Assembly (NCBI RefSeq): GCF_030144855.1
Contig: NC_082731.1
Span: 23,684,001-23,748,000 of the forward strand
Origin: Hypanus sabinus
Taxonomy: Eukaryota
Length of the DNA stretch: 64,000 nt
Reading direction: 5' to 3'
In this document: positions 1 to 13,999 of the stretch, one piece after another
Layout of the letters: the number at the start of each line of letters is the position of its first letter
How positions within the stretch are numbered: position 1 is the stretch's first letter
Program-made: the position numbers and the translations under genes
Notes under the pieces: model-generated
What the model was told of the DNA's origin: nothing
The model's database searches: none
What the model saw: the letters and a program-made list of their open reading frames with translations, nothing else

Positions 1-3000
1 ATCAAAGGGAATTTAAAGACAGAGAAGCAAATAAAGAGAGAGAGAAAATCGTATCATATTATGCACAGTAGGGTGATTTTGATGAAGCGGTTTCAGATAT
101 GTTTCCAATACGTACTCTGGAAATGCAATTACATCTCGAACAAATGAGGTTAGAACAAGGTAAAGCGGACGTGGGATGAGTCGGTTTGAAGATACAAATG
201 AAAGGAGGGAATCCGAACGTGATGGCGAAATTAAGGACCGAGAATCAGTCCTCTGCACCTCGGAAACATTTTATTGCTAGACGAGAAGTTATATTCGCTC
301 GTCCATTTGATGAAACAGAAGTGGATAAATATTTCCAACATTTCGAAACTGTTTCTCAGATTTCAAATTGTACGAAAGAAAAATAGCCGGTGCTGTAACA
401 GAATGTAATTTAAGGCAAGGCTCAATAAGTTTATACACCATTAACTTGATTATGATATTGTAAAGCAACAAATGCTGAAAGAATATGTACTGATTCCAGG
501 AGCTTGTAGAGACAAAATCCGAAATTTGAAGATATCCGTGGGAAAAAAATAAACTTACGTGAATTTGTCTACGATAAAGCTTTGTTTCATGGAAAAATAA
601 ATGTGAATGCATAGTGTAATAAATTGAAAGTGTTGATTTTAAAAAAGGGATTTAAAAGGAACATCCCTGTTGAGGTAAGTACATACTTAAATGAGGGGGA
701 CAGTGCTGCATTGCAAGAGTCTGCTAAATTAGCACATGAGTATGTTTTTATCCATGAGAGTAAATTTCCTCAGGGTAGAAATTTTAAAAGGAAAAATAGC
801 ACAGAGAGTCAACGTAAACCAGAAATAAAATCAGAAGAAAGTTATGGAGGAAGGAAAACATGTGAAGGAAAGACAGTTTGGTCCCATTTCTATTTACTTT
901 AAGAAACCTGGTCACGTATTAGCGAAATGTTTACGACTAATGAAGAAGGAGAAGGAAGCAGTCCCAGTTGCGTGTCCGCAACTTACTGAAACACCTGTAG
1001 ATCCACAGGGTTCCATAAATACACATGAATGTTTGTCAGAGTCTGACCCAGTTAAGAGTGGAAATGATCATTTTATAACTGACGGATTTGTATCCTTGAG
1101 TGACCAATCCACTCCGGTGACAATAAAAATCCTCAGGGGTACTGGAGCTTCTCAATCGCTGAGGTTAGACAGAGTGTTAAAGTTTAGTGATGAGTATGGC
1201 ACTGTACGTTTGCATAGAGTAAATTTAAGTCAGGGTTAGTTACAGGACATGTTACAGTACGACTATAACCTAGCTTACACTTGAATTATGTTATTTTTTC
1301 TATTTATAGGAAATGACTTAGCAGATTGGCAAGATTTTTTTTTCCTGAAGTACATTTGACAATTATTTCAGAGGAACCATGGTTGAATTCTTACACCGAT
1401 CCAAACTGCGTTGTAACTCGAGCTATCACTAAAAAGCTTAATGTGCAGGATGTGGTTGTTAACCATGACTGCTCAACTCGGGATTCGAATTGTGAGGATG
1501 TGTCAGAAACATCCGCACCTACATTTTTCGATCAAAATTCTTGGAGTAATATTGACGTTGAAGATTTGTCTCTGCCTCGGAAGGAGATGATAGCAGAGCA
1601 GAGCAAAGACCCAGACATAATCAGATTAAAGGAACAAGTTTTCCAGCATACTGATGTCGATAAGGTACCAATAGGATATACTTTTGAGAAAGGAGGGTGG
1701 ATGATGAAGTGGAGATCCCCTACAATTCCTGCAAGAGATGAATGGAAGGTTGTTCACCAGGTAGATGTTCCTAAAGTTCATCGGAATGAGATTTTAACTT
1801 TAGCTCATAGTATGCCACTGACTTAACATCAAGGGGTGAAAAAATTGTGAAGGAGATTGCTGAACATTTTTACTGGCCTGGTTTGAGAAAAGATGAAGCG
1901 GCATTTTGCAGAACGTGTCATTCTTGCCAAATTGTGCGTAACACTAATCAAGTTACTCCAGTGGCCCTACTGCAACCAATTCCCGCATTCAATGAACCGT
2001 TTTCAAAAATTATTATAGACTGTGTGGGCCATTATCTAAAACAAAAAAAAAAAATGGCCATCAAAACTTACTCGCGATCATGTGCACTGTGTTTCGGTGT
2101 CTAGAGGCAATACCAGTGAGGAATATAACGGCTAAAACTGTCCCAAACGCTCTTACAAACTTATTCACTTATTTAGGGTTGCCTAAGGAAATACAATCTG
2201 ATCAAGGTAGTAATTTTCTCCGTGGATTGTTGCAACCGATGGTTTATAAACTGGGAGCTAAATAGATAAGCTCGTCTGTATTCCATCCAGAATCTGAAGC
2301 AGCCTGACAGAGGTTTATTCTACCCTCAGGACGTATTGTGTAGAAAAGTAAAATTATTGGCGTGAGGGAATATACTTACTTCCATTTGCAGTAAGTGAGT
2401 CATTCCATGAATGATTAGGTTTCAGTCTATTTGAACCTGTATTTGTGCATATAGTTAGAGGGCTTTTGGCCTTATTGTAAGAACAATGGATTAAGAAAGA
2501 GGTACATGCTAATTTGCTGGGTTTTCTTTAATATCAGAGTGGATTACATAAAGATTTTAGCTTGGCCAGGGAAAATTTAAAATTCGTTCAGGAGAAAATG
2601 AAAACAAGGCATGAAAAAGAAGCGGGGATGAGGTCATTTATGACTGGATATATGGTGTTTGTTCTTTTCCCGGTACAAGCGTAATGTTTACCATCTAGAT
2701 TCCATGTTCATTATGAAATTATATCTAAAGTTAATGACGTGGATTATGGGATTCCAAAAAGGAGGAAAAAAAAAACATCTCAGCTTTGTCATATAAATAT
2801 TATAACGTCATATTCTGAGGAACAGTCTGTTATTATGACTGTTGTGACCAATGATAAGTTGTCTGATCTGACTTCAACATAATGGAAGTTTCAACTGACA
2901 TTATTCTAAACCCAATATTCTTTAGGCCCGATTACCAAACTCAACATTTCTATAAAATATTGTTGGGAAATTACTGCCAGAGCAGCAGCAGCAGTTGAAA

Positions 3001-3240
3001 CAATTAATTCTTAAATACTGGGATTCATTTCCCGACGGTCCAGGCAGAACCACAGTAACTTCACATGATGTAGATGTTGGAGATGCCTATATTTGCGATT
3101 TAGTTAAAGGAAATGATACTTGGAACGCATTTGTTAATGCGATGGAGAAACTATTTGAAAGGCTTTCAAAAGCTAACTTAACTATTAATTTAGCTAAAAG
3201 TGAATTTGCCCATGCCACTGTGACTCACCTTGATTAGGTT
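1..3240 (+). mobile_element. Degenerate Ty3/Gypsy LTR retrotransposon internal region, Gmr1-like order (gag-PR-IN-RT), RT largely deleted
   Basis: Broken ORFs show a zinc-knuckle remnant (FKKPGHVLAKC), protease-like ILRGTGASQSL, integrase HFYWPGLRKD..FCRTCHSCQ, IIIDCVG and GLPKEIQSDQGSNF, then RT fragments (FPDGPGRT; LSKANLTINLAKSEFAHATVTHL). Many stops and frameshifts. Confidence 0.8.
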
Positions 3241-3556
3241 GCAGGCCCGGAATTGGTTAAGGAAAATGGTTAAGGAAATAAATGAATCTCCAATTTAGCA
3301 GCAAAGGGTTGATGTTACAGAAGTTTAAAATTTTGTTAATCCTATTAAAGCCAAAGACAATACTATTGCTGACTGTCGTAAAAAGAAGTTGAATTAACAA
3401 CGTAAAGTCTTTAAAGGACTGATGTTCTAACATTTGTAGCACTCCTACTGTATATTAATTTGTAAGGTGCTTTATGATAATACAATTTATATTATAGTAT
3501 ACTAAATATCCCGTACTGAGGTACCTTTTCTTTAGCTAGGATACTGGCTCTGCCAC

Positions 3557-3887
3557 TGTCAAGATACGCGGAAGAAGGTCACGATATTAACCCACCAGTC
3601 ATCCGCGCCTACAGCTTCCCAAACACATAACCGGGGGACTAATGGTGATCTCCGCCAGATAAGGTATTCTGAGAGTTCTCTCCCGTGTTTGTTACTCGCT
3701 TTACTATTACGCATTCTATCAATATGTACCTTCTCCATCTGTCACCGTCCCTAACCATCAGACCTACAGTTCAGATCATACCGAGAATCAATGAGCCGCT
3801 CAACTTACCTGGGCCTGCACCTCCGGAAACAAAGATGGTGGAAAGTCGTCAGAATACATGGTTTCACGGTGACGTATTCATGTGACA
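3557..3887. repeat. Possible LTR-like segment (TGTCA...TGACA termini)
   Basis: 5-bp inverted termini next to the Gypsy remnant. No target-site duplication. An alternative reading as a J relic is given in findings. Confidence 0.3.
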
Positions 3888-5339
3888 GGCGTTGTGTGCA
3901 ATAACTTGTCGATTGGCACGGATACAGCAAAAAAGATGCGAACTTTGATGTATTTTTTTTCATTTTGGATGATAGAGTAGTTGCATCTGCCCTTTCGTAA
4001 CAACTTGGGCAGTCGATTGTCGGACTTAAGCGAGGAGAGTTTTTAGTTCGTTACGCCATGGGCAGGCACTTCGCAGGCTCCACCCAACGAACAAAGTAAT
4101 CTATTTCCCCTTTCCAAGACAATAGCAGCTGCCTAGATAAATCTCCCGCTCACTCACTGTTTTTATTTATCCATTATAATAACCAACCTCATCTAGATCC
4201 CTCTAGCCTTGGCACCCTTTTTATGTCCCTGTTTCTTCTTGTTGCTTGGCTCTTGAGGCTTGCTATTTTGCAGCATATACCTAAAATATTACTGACAGCT
4301 GAAACGTCACAGCTGCTCTACTTTGGAACAAGAATCATGGAAATGTTTACACCAGATACACGTTGCTAAGTGAACCAGGTTTAAACAGACAACATTTTTC
4401 ATTCTCCAGCAAACGGCTAATTTTGACGTGTCGGTATATTCCCATTATTGTTAACCATTTTTTTTTTAAAAAATTGAATATTGTTGTCAGCTGGTAAAAG
4501 TATCCCTCAGGATGCTATCTGCAGCATAGGCTGACAGAGAAATGTGTAGATTCGAAAAAAGAGGTTAACTTATACATAGTGGTATCTTCGGCTAAAAAAT
4601 CGCACAAATTCAGAATATAAAAAAAAATATAAGCGGTTGACCTGTAACCTGTCCTAGAATGGAAATTCAACTGCACTTTCGCCAAAACATTGATTCTGCA
4701 ATTTTCCAAATTTGGGGTAGACCGTGCGAACCTGAAGCTCAGCAACCATCCACGAAAAAGATGGTTCGTCATTGTACTTGACCCAGAGTTGTAAAACCTA
4801 ACTCGTTTTCACCGTCAGTTGACATGGTGAAAATAATTGTAGGAAGGTTGATCAATATCAATTTCTTATTTGAATTACTTCTTGTATAGTCTTTTTTCAG
4901 ATATTGTTGTATATCCAATTAAGAATAGCGCGTCTCGTGTTGCTCATCAGGTTGCAGAATAATAGTGCGACAAATTTATAAGGGTTGCAACACTTCAACG
5001 ACATGTTTTGTTCAAGAATGGGTTTCACGTTCGTCTATTCTCATCGAACATTTCGACCATGTAATGTTAAGGTCATAACAAAGTAGTTTTTGAAATGTTC
5101 CAAATAGAAAAATAAATTGTAATCATGCTCCTTTGATAAAAATAAAAATAAAAAATATGCTTTTTAAAAAGTGTGTCATCGGATAGGAGAGTGCGCATGC
5201 ATTGTGGATAGAGCTACAAAGAGACGGACTGGATAAAAATTCTCAGATTGGAATGCTAAAGAACACCCAAAGAAGCAGAAAAAAATGCGGTAACACAATG
5301 CAAACGGAGCAAAGTCACAATAGTCATGATGACGTTAAT

Positions 5340-6110
5340 AAGCAGGTAGACTGGGAAAATAGTGTCATTGCTAGATGACAGGATGGGGAATTTAGGCAGT
5401 GCCTTAAAATGTTTTTTTTTTTCAGAACAGATCGTGTTTTAGCTCAGTAGAAGTCGCCTTTTTAGGACTGGGTGTTGTGCAATGCGCAGGAATTGATTAG
5501 AAATCTGAAGGTTACAGAGCCTTTTGTGGTAGGTCATCATAATAAAATAGAATTCACAGTGAAATGTGAGAATGTGTTCCTGAGGTCAGACGGATCATTA
5601 TTACGGTGGATAAATTGTATTCCAGAGACATGAGAGATGATTTAGCTGGACAATTGGGAAAAAAAAATTCTGGCAGGGTTGCCGACATAGCAGCAACGAC
5701 AGTAATTTCGGAAAGCAATTCAGATTGCACTGGATATATCCGGATAGAGTGGATGTGGCTTGGATGTGTCTGATGGTTGGAGATTACGAGTCCAGAGCAT
5801 ACTGTCCCCGAAGAGAGGGGATTACAAAAAAAGGAGATGATGAAGGATTTAATAGGAAAGATAGTGGTGAATCTATGTTCTGTTTTGACACAGACAGCGA
5901 TAGAGGCCAAACATTTATGTATATTTAAGGCAGAGGTATACAGATTCTTGATTGGTCTGGGGGTGAATGGATATCGGCAGAAGGCGAATAGATATCGGCA
6001 GAAGGTAGGATATTTCGGCTCAGACAATATGGGATTTGCCATGATGAAATTGTAAAGCAGACCGATGGATCAGATAGCATAATTTCGTTCCAATTCCTAA
6101 TGGAGGTATG
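5340..6110 (+). mobile_element. CR1 LINE fragments (endonuclease-region remnant and 3' end)
   Basis: Decayed ORF2-like text (gtagactgggaaaat..., ctgggtgttgtgcaatg...) followed by 3'-end-like gtatatttaaggcagag, also found in the other CR1 3' ends of this window. Confidence 0.55.
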
Positions 6111-6589
6111 GTATTACAAGTGTTTCAGTGAGTGTTTAATTCATTCAAGATTAATAGTCCCAATGCTACTCACAAGTAAGTGTTCTAATGTGTGTAGTAT
6201 AATCCAGTTTCATGGCGAATTGCATTTCAGTTTTATCTGCAGATATAACCAGTCCAAATATATTGCAATAGTTTAATTCGTAATATATAAAGCAAATAAA
6301 GAAATCTCTACACATTTTATGAAACATGGCTTAGAATCAACCCCAGTTGTAACAGTTGGAAAGTCATGGTAAATTGTATTTTGTGGTCGTTTATTGTAGA
6401 GAACGATCTAATATGTGTGGTGCAATAGAAAGTCAGACGTGTGGTGATAATTAATGACATCCGGCACAATAATCTAGCAGAGAGCGGATAAATATTTGAA
6501 CAATATCAAATGTCACATGATTTCTTCGAAGTGAGGTCACAGCATGGTGGCGTCTGAACGTATCTTTGTTTTATTTGGTTTGTTTCAAC

Positions 6590-6826
6590 CAAAGAGTGGT
6601 GAATCTATGGAATTCTTTGCCACGGGCGGCAGTGGAGGTCAAGTTATTGGGTGTATTTAAGGCAGAGATTGATAAGTATTTGAGTAGCCATAGGCATCAA
6701 ATGTTATGGTGAAAAGGCAGGGGAGTGGAACTAAATGAGAGAATGAATCAGCTCATAATAAAATGGCGGGGCAGACTCAACGGATCGAATGGCCGACTTC
6801 AGCTACATTGTCTTATGGTCTTATGC
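6590..6826 (+). mobile_element. CR1 LINE 3' end
   Basis: agagtggtgaatctatggaattc...tatttaaggcagagattgataag...gaatggccgacttc...ttatggtcttatg tail. Confidence 0.75.
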
Positions 6827-7198
6827 ACGTATCTTTGCAAATGACTGTCACTTTGTGCGTCAAAGGAGTCATTAAAAGGATTCATGTTTCAGTATTGAGT
6901 ACTATGGTAACGTTTTATATGAGGCTGAATGTTCAGTTATAAAACAAAACACAGATATAATGCGTAGTTACAGTGGTTTTGAACAGTTATTGACATGGAT
7001 AAACGATGAAATTCAATCCAATATTAAACGGATACTGCTCAGAGAATCTGACTATGTATTCATATGAAACCATGGAATTAAACTTCAGAATTCACTCGGC
7101 TTTTATCCTCTTTTTCTTGTTTCCTCACTGTCGACGTCTAAAGGAAACTATAGGTGTGTGTTTGGCTGAGAATTTCGAGCTAATTGAGATTTCTTCAG

Positions 7199-7644
7199 CA
7201 CAGTGGGATAATCGTGCCATGGGGCGTAGCAGAGTCGGATATCATAAGTCTCTGAAGAGATCATCGTTTTCTTATTCTGGGAGACAATCGCTGTACTGCA
7301 GCTCGATGTCGGTACATCGTCATGGTGATAATCCAGGGCTCGTAGATTGGACATGTCTAGTCTGCTGCCTGCACTGCAAGACGTTTGGAAGTGTATTAAT
7401 TGATTGCAAAGTGCAGTTTAGGGCATTACTACCTTTATCGTCGAACAGCATTTCGTCTTCTGTATGACTGCACAGGTATATAACACTCTAGAATGGCACA
7501 GTTTCCTCCGTTGGTGCTTTTACATGATTTGTTCTATTTACAACAGGAAAATCTGGGAAAAGTTATTTGACTTCTGATCTACGACTACATTGTGAACACA
7601 TACGAAGATAAAGCTGAGAAAAGTGTCAAAGAGTCACGTGGCAC
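7199..7644 (-). pseudogene. Heavily decayed leader-bearing TCR alpha/delta-like V
   Basis: Minus strand: leader-like stretch ending at GTATGT (7603), 136-nt intron to CAG (7468), GSNALNCTLQ...QCRQQ (Cys1, decayed WYRQQ), MISDSAT-PHG (decayed SDSATYYC), then heptamer CACTGTG (7205-7199). Pseudo-Cys spacing 197 nt. Nonamer poor. Confidence 0.5.
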
Positions 7645-7849
7645 TGATGAGCAAAACAGAACTTCCTTTTTCAGAAGGCTTAAAGGGAATGTTTATGCCG
7701 ATTAGACAGTTACGCTTTTCAAATTCTGGGAAATCTTCTTCGTTTGAATACGTAATAAATAAATATAGACCGGAAAGTAAATACTTAATGGTATGTAAGA
7801 TCATAAGCCCAAATGACGTAGCTGAAGAATTATGACATTTGGCCCAACG

Positions 7850-9660
7850 AGTATACGCCACTATTGAACCATTGGCTGATCCTTTTAGTTCTCCTCCTTA
7901 ACCCCCAGATACCGGGCTTCTCCTTGTAAACCTTGATGCCATATCCTATCAAGCACCAATCAATAGTTGGTTTAAATACAACAGGCCTACTTGCCTCCAC
8001 ACAAGAATCTGGCAAAAAAATCCGCAAATCCACCACTTTAGCGGAATAAAAAGATAGTTTGTATCTCTGTTTTGAAAGGGCGCCCCTCTAAGCAGAAGTT
8101 GTGCCTTCCTGCCCTGGATTCCCTCACCATGAGAAAAATATTTTCCACATCTACTCTTTCTTGCTCTTTCAACATTCGAAATGGTTCAATGAGATCGCCC
8201 CCTCCACCAACACCACACACCTCATCCTTTTCGATTCGTGCGAGTACGACTCAGAGACCTCAAACGTTCTTCGTTTGATAAAATTTTCATTCCTCGAATC
8301 ATCCTAATTTTCCTCTGGGAACTCTCCAATACCAGCACGTCTCTGCAAAGCTGATGGTTCCGACACTGCTTAAAGAATTCAAGGTGAGGGTGCTATAAAG
8401 CCGCCGCATCCTATCCTTGCTTTTGTGCTCTGTAACTCTTGAATTGAATGCAAACATGGCATTTCCCATCCTCACACCCGGTTCAAACTCCAAGTTAAAT
8501 TTCAAGGTATTCTGCACAAGGACGCACGAGTCCTTCTCGGACTCAGTTTCCTGGATTGTCTCCCCCTTTAGAAAATAAACCGCACTTTAATTTCTGCTAC
8601 CAAATTGCATGACTGTGCATTTTCCAGCATTGTATTTCGTTTGCCACTTTCTTGCCTATTTCCTAATCTGCCGAAGTCCTTCTTCTTCCTACGTATTTCC
8701 TTTAGACGACCTGCCCCTCCACCCATTTTCGTATCATCTGCAAACCTGGCCACGAAGTTATCTGTTCCATCACACAAACCATTTATATACAACAAAAGAT
8801 AAGTGGTCCCAAATCCAACACCCGTGCAGCACCGCTCGTCTCTGGCAGCCAAACAGAAAACTATTCTATTATTCGCAAACCTTGCCCCCTATTAATCAGC
8901 CAATTCCCTAAGGTTTTTAGTGACTTTCCTACTATACCATGGGCTCTTAACTGGTAAGCAGCCTCGTAAATGGAAATTTATGACAAATCTTCTGAACGTT
9001 CCAATATACAACAGCCAAAGCATCCTTTGTCTCTATCTTACCTGTAATCTCAAAGTTTCCAATTGGTTCTTCATGCAGTTTATTCCGTGGAGGAAACGAT
9101 GCTGACTTCATATTATCTTGTCCTGTATCACGAGGTACTCTATCACATCATCTTTATCAGTTGAACCAAACATCTTGCCAACAACTTAATTCAGGCTAAG
9201 TGGTCTATAATTTCCTTTCTGCTGCATTCCTCTTTTCTTAAAGTTTGGAGTGATAGTTGTAATTTTACAGTCCTCTGGCACTCGGCCGGAGTCCATGATT
9301 TTTTAAAGCTCATAACTCATGCACCTTCAATCTCTAACGCTACCTTTTTCAGAACCAAGTGTACAGTACCCGGGTGACCTAAGTACTTTGACGCCTGGCA
9401 AAATTTTGAGCGCCTTCTTTCTTATAACAGTAATTGTATCCTCTTCTTTTCATTCAGAAACGGCGCTGTCAACCATACTGTTAGTGTCTAGCACAGTGAA
9501 GTTTAACGCAAAATGCACATTATGTTCATTAGCTGTCTCCTTATCTCCGTCTATTATTTCTGCTGCCTTACTTTCTGGCGGTAATACATCCACTCCCATT
9601 TCTCTTCTAATTTAAGCATACTTGAAAAAATGACTTTTACTGTCCTTCTTTCTTATAACA
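7850..9660 (-). mobile_element. CR1 LINE, 5'-truncated (RT and 3' UTR)
   Basis: Minus ORF YINGLCDGTDNFVARFADDTKMGGGAG (RT FADD motif) and a CR1-type 3' end near 7860-8050. Confidence 0.8.
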
Positions 9661-9699
9661 GTAATTGTTGGTTAATTTGGTCAATTAAAGGTAAAACAT

Positions 9700-12600
9700 T
9701 AAATTTAACTAAATCTTTATGTTACTTGGTAATTTTACTACCCAAATATGTAAAATGATCTGAGTCAACTTTAAATGGTAAATGTTTATAAATTGGAATT
9801 TGCATATTTAATGGAAATGTTTCACTCTTATTAAAATTCAGTATGTAACCGGAAAAACTACTAAACTGAGCAAGCAAGGACGAAATAGCCGGCATAGACC
9901 TCTTAGAGTCAGATAGGTATAGTAACAAATCATCAGCTTAAAATGATAACTTGTCAGTCCTTTCTCCACGGATAATACACAAAATATTAGGTGATTCACG
10001 AATGGCAATAGCTAAAGGTTCCAAAACAATGTCAAATAGCAAAGGACTCAAAGGACGGCCTTGCCTTTTACCACAGAATAACTAAGACAAAGGAGATCCT
10101 TGATTATTGGTAAAAACCAAAGCCAAAGGTTTATCATATATTAATTTAATCCATGATGTAAATTTCGAACTGATATTAAAATGCTGCAACGTATTAAATA
10201 AATATGGCCATTCAACTCTATGAAAAGCTTTTTCAGCTCCTAAGGAAATGGCGCATTCTGTTACTTTGTATGAAGGAGTATACATAATATTAATAAATTT
10301 CCTGATGTTAAAAGATGAGTAATGTTTTTTTAATAAACCCAGTCTGATCATCAGGGATAAATCGAGGTAATATATACTCTAATCTAGTAACCATAATTTT
10401 GCTAAAAATCTTAGAGTCCGTATTCAGCCAGGGTATAGACCGATAGGATGCACATTCAGTTGTGTGTTTATCCTTTTTAAGAATTAAAGAAATAAAGGCA
10501 TCATAAAAATATTGTGGCAATTTTCCTACAATTAACACATCCTTAAACATTTTACAGAACCAAGGAGATAGAATAGAGGGAGAGGATTTGAAAAATTCTG
10601 CAGTTTAACCATCCGGACCTGGGACTTTGCCTGATTTTATTTTTAAAAAAATGCCTCTTTTATTTCGGTTTCCGTAATAGGTGCATCTAGAAGTACATTA
10701 ACTTCTGTTGTTGATTTTGGGATATTCAATTTACTTAAAAATTCATCCATTATAGAAGAAGCCTCAACAAATTTTGATTGATAGACAGAATTATTAAAAT
10801 CTTGAAAGGCTTTATTAATATTGTTATGATCAATCGTCAAAATGCCTTCTCGTTTACGAATCTTAGTAATTTGTCATTTAAACAAAGCAGTTTGCAATTG
10901 ATTAACCAATAATTTTCCCGATTTATCTCTATGCACGAAGAAACGGGTTCTAGATTTAATTAAACTGATTTTCAGTCGAAGAGGATTATAACAAACTATG
11001 CTCCATTTGAAGTTCAACTCTTTCTTTATAAAGTTATTTGTTGGGGGTTACTGAATAAATCTTATCAATTGCTTTAATTTTATTATCACGTTAATATTTC
11101 AGATTTATTTCGTTTCCTAACTCCAGCAGAGTATGCAATAACCTGTCCAAGAATAAATGCTTTACAGGTGTCCCATAAAGTTCCACCAGAGATCTCTGCT
11201 GTAGAATTTGTTGAAAAAAAAACAAATCAATTTTTTGTTTAATAAAATTAAGAAGGTCTGAGTACAGCAATAAACTAGAGTTGAACCTCCATGATTTAGC
11301 ATTAGAAGATGAATCCATTGTCTTACTAGATAGCTTCAAAGGTGCATGGACAGAAATGGTAATGTAATCATATTTACAATCAATAGCATCTGTAAGTAAA
11401 CGATGATCAATAAAGAAGTCGTCAATTCATGAATAATTATGATAAACTTGAGAAAGGTATGAAAATTCTTCGTCACTAGGTTGTAAGAAAAGCTAAATTT
11501 CGGAAACTTCAGAGTCAACCATAAGGGAATTAATAAGGGAGGCTAATTTGTTCGGAAGAGCTTGGGTGGGCTTAGATCTATCTATCGAAGGGTTTCAGCA
11601 ACAGTTAAAATCCCCACACTTTATCAGCCTGTACAGATTCTAATTAGGAAAGGATGTAAATAGACACCTAAAAGTTCAGGACAATCAGTGTTTGGCGCAT
11701 AAACATTAAATAAAACACATTATTGATTAAAAAGTAAAGCAGTAATATGCAAAAATCTACTTTGTGGCTCCGAAATTGTTTGACAGTGTATAAAGGAGGT
11801 TGAATAATCAATACAAAATGGAAACGCCTCTTACTTTGCTTGGGAATTCGAGTGATACTGATTTACTTTCCAAAACCTAAAAAAGTCGTTGACTATCCAC
11901 CTTCCTCGCATGAGTCTCTTGTACAAAGACAATATTAGCATTAATTATGTGGAATACTTTGAATATATTTTTCCGTTTGATCGGATGATTTAAACCATTA
12001 GTATTCCAAGAATCAAAATTAATAATCTTATCCATATCGCCAATATTTATTACATTTAACACATAAGGTAAAAAAAAAAGATGAAGACATGAATCCGGAA
12101 GAGGGAGGTAAGTTCAAGGATGAACCGGAAGTTATGACACTGCAAACATTTTTGTAGTTTCGAGACAGCCCATGAATTAAAACTAAGCGTGAAGCAAGAA
12201 TAACAAAATATCCCCCTCCCTCCACCCTCAAATCTGCAGAAAAAATGCCAAAAACAGGCAAGCAGGCAATCTAATACTAAATTTACCCCCATGTCTCAAG
12301 ACGGTAACTCAAACAAAAACTTTAAAAATAGATACAAACCACCCATATTTTAATAAATGTTTAGTATAACAAAGATTAAACTATACAATTAGTTTATAGA
12401 TTAAAAAAAGGATTTAACAAAACGAAAAATAACTAAAACGTTAAAACCCATAGATGGATAATATTGTATCAGTGTTTTAAAAGAAATTCCTTAAACTTAT
12501 TCAGACACATCGAAACCGATGTGACGTACTAAGGTCTTTGGGGAAAGAAACGACATTATAGAATTTTTTTTTTTATTATAAAAACTTAATATTTAAGCAT

Positions 12601-13700
12601 TAAAAATAAAAAATCTGTATATGAACTAAAAAGAAAAAGCTAATGAGTTAATTTCAGAACAAATAAATAATATAAAAAAACAAATCAGCATAAACCAATA
12701 AAAAACGGAAGTTTACCATGTGTAAGAAATACACTGCTAGCAACATGTAAAAAAAAATCATCAAATTATAAAAAGATCAAAATCTATAGACTAATTATTA
12801 CAATAGTCAACTCCTAGTAAAAAAAAAGTGCTATACTTCAAGGAATCTTTGAGCATCCGCTGGAGATCGGACCAGCCGATAATTCCCATCTTTGAAAGTA
12901 ACTCTTAATTGTGCTGGAAATAACAGCGCTTGCTTGTAACCTTTCTGATGAATTTCCGACATAACCAATTTAGAAGCAATTCTTGCCTTTAAAACTTCTG
13001 GACTATAGTCTTCCAGAATACGAAATTTGGAAAGCGGATCATACCCTTTATCCCAGCAGCGCGAATCAAACTTTCTTTTGTATGAGGATAATGAATCCGG
13101 AAAATCACTGGTCGTGGTTTCGCACCTGGAGCTTGTTGAAAAGTAGTAATTCGATGTGCACGGTCGATTATTGGACGGGTATCCAGTACATCTGAGTCGA
13201 AGTCGTCCATTAAAATTTTGGAGAAAAATACAGTGATATCACCGTACTCAAAATTTTCTGGAAGCCCAATTATCCAGAGATTTTGTCTTTTAGAGTGTTT
13301 TGCAAGATCACTGATTTTAGATTAATAGCGATCCAGCAGTTGAGAAGTCAAAGCTTGCTGTTGTTACGGAGGTTCAATTTTACGATCTCTCAGGCGAGCG
13401 GCCTCTTCAAGAACTCAAATGTTTGTTTGTTATTGTTGTGACTCCAGTGTAAGTGATTGACGTTTTGGATCGACTGTCTTTAAAATTTCATTGAACGTAG
13501 AAAGTTTAGGCTTAATTTATTCTCCATTTTTCCAAGTCACTCTTCCATAAGTTTCGCAATTGCTTGCAAAGTTGACGGTTCTTTCGTCTGTTTCGATTCA
13601 CCAGGTTCTCGTGGTTTAGACATTTTAACGAGTTGAAAATGATTCAAACAGATGAAAAAGATTTCATAAGTATGAACACTTTTAGAATATGTATAAACAG
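9700..13700 (-). mobile_element. L1-clade LINE, degenerate (ORF1, endonuclease, RT; 3' end missing)
   Basis: ORF1-like RAHR..PRPVIFRIHYPHTKESLIRAA; endonuclease SWNTNGLNHPIKRK..VFVQETH; RT YRSIPWLNTDSKIFSK..DQTGFIK and SLGAEKAFHRVEWPYLF. Confidence 0.85.
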
Positions 13701-13999
13701 GTCAATTAGGGGGTGCTTGTAGGTAGAAGAAAGTGAATGGATTGGAGCGAACCCTGAAACAGTTTCACTCCATAATTGCCATCTTAAGACCTCTCCGGAT
13801 TAGAAACTAATTGCCAAACTTGTCCAATTTCATTGAATAAGATTCGTGTTATCGGAAGAAAATGAAAGCGACAGATGAATCTAAATTACCATCGCCTGCA
13901 CATTAATAGTCTCACGTGAAAACATATTATATATCAAGAAGACACATTCAGTCTCCCTGAGGTAGTTTTGTGATTAGGGCACGGGCGTGAATATGTGTT

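Noticed and set aside
3216-3222. CACTGTG near the truncation point of both Gypsy copies, suggesting RAG-mediated deletion
   Set aside because: Homology between the copies continues past the heptamer and no nonamer is present.
4038-4076. Nonamer-like AGTTTTTAG (also 30486-30494)
   Set aside because: No acceptable heptamer at 12 or 22-23 nt and no convincing V upstream.
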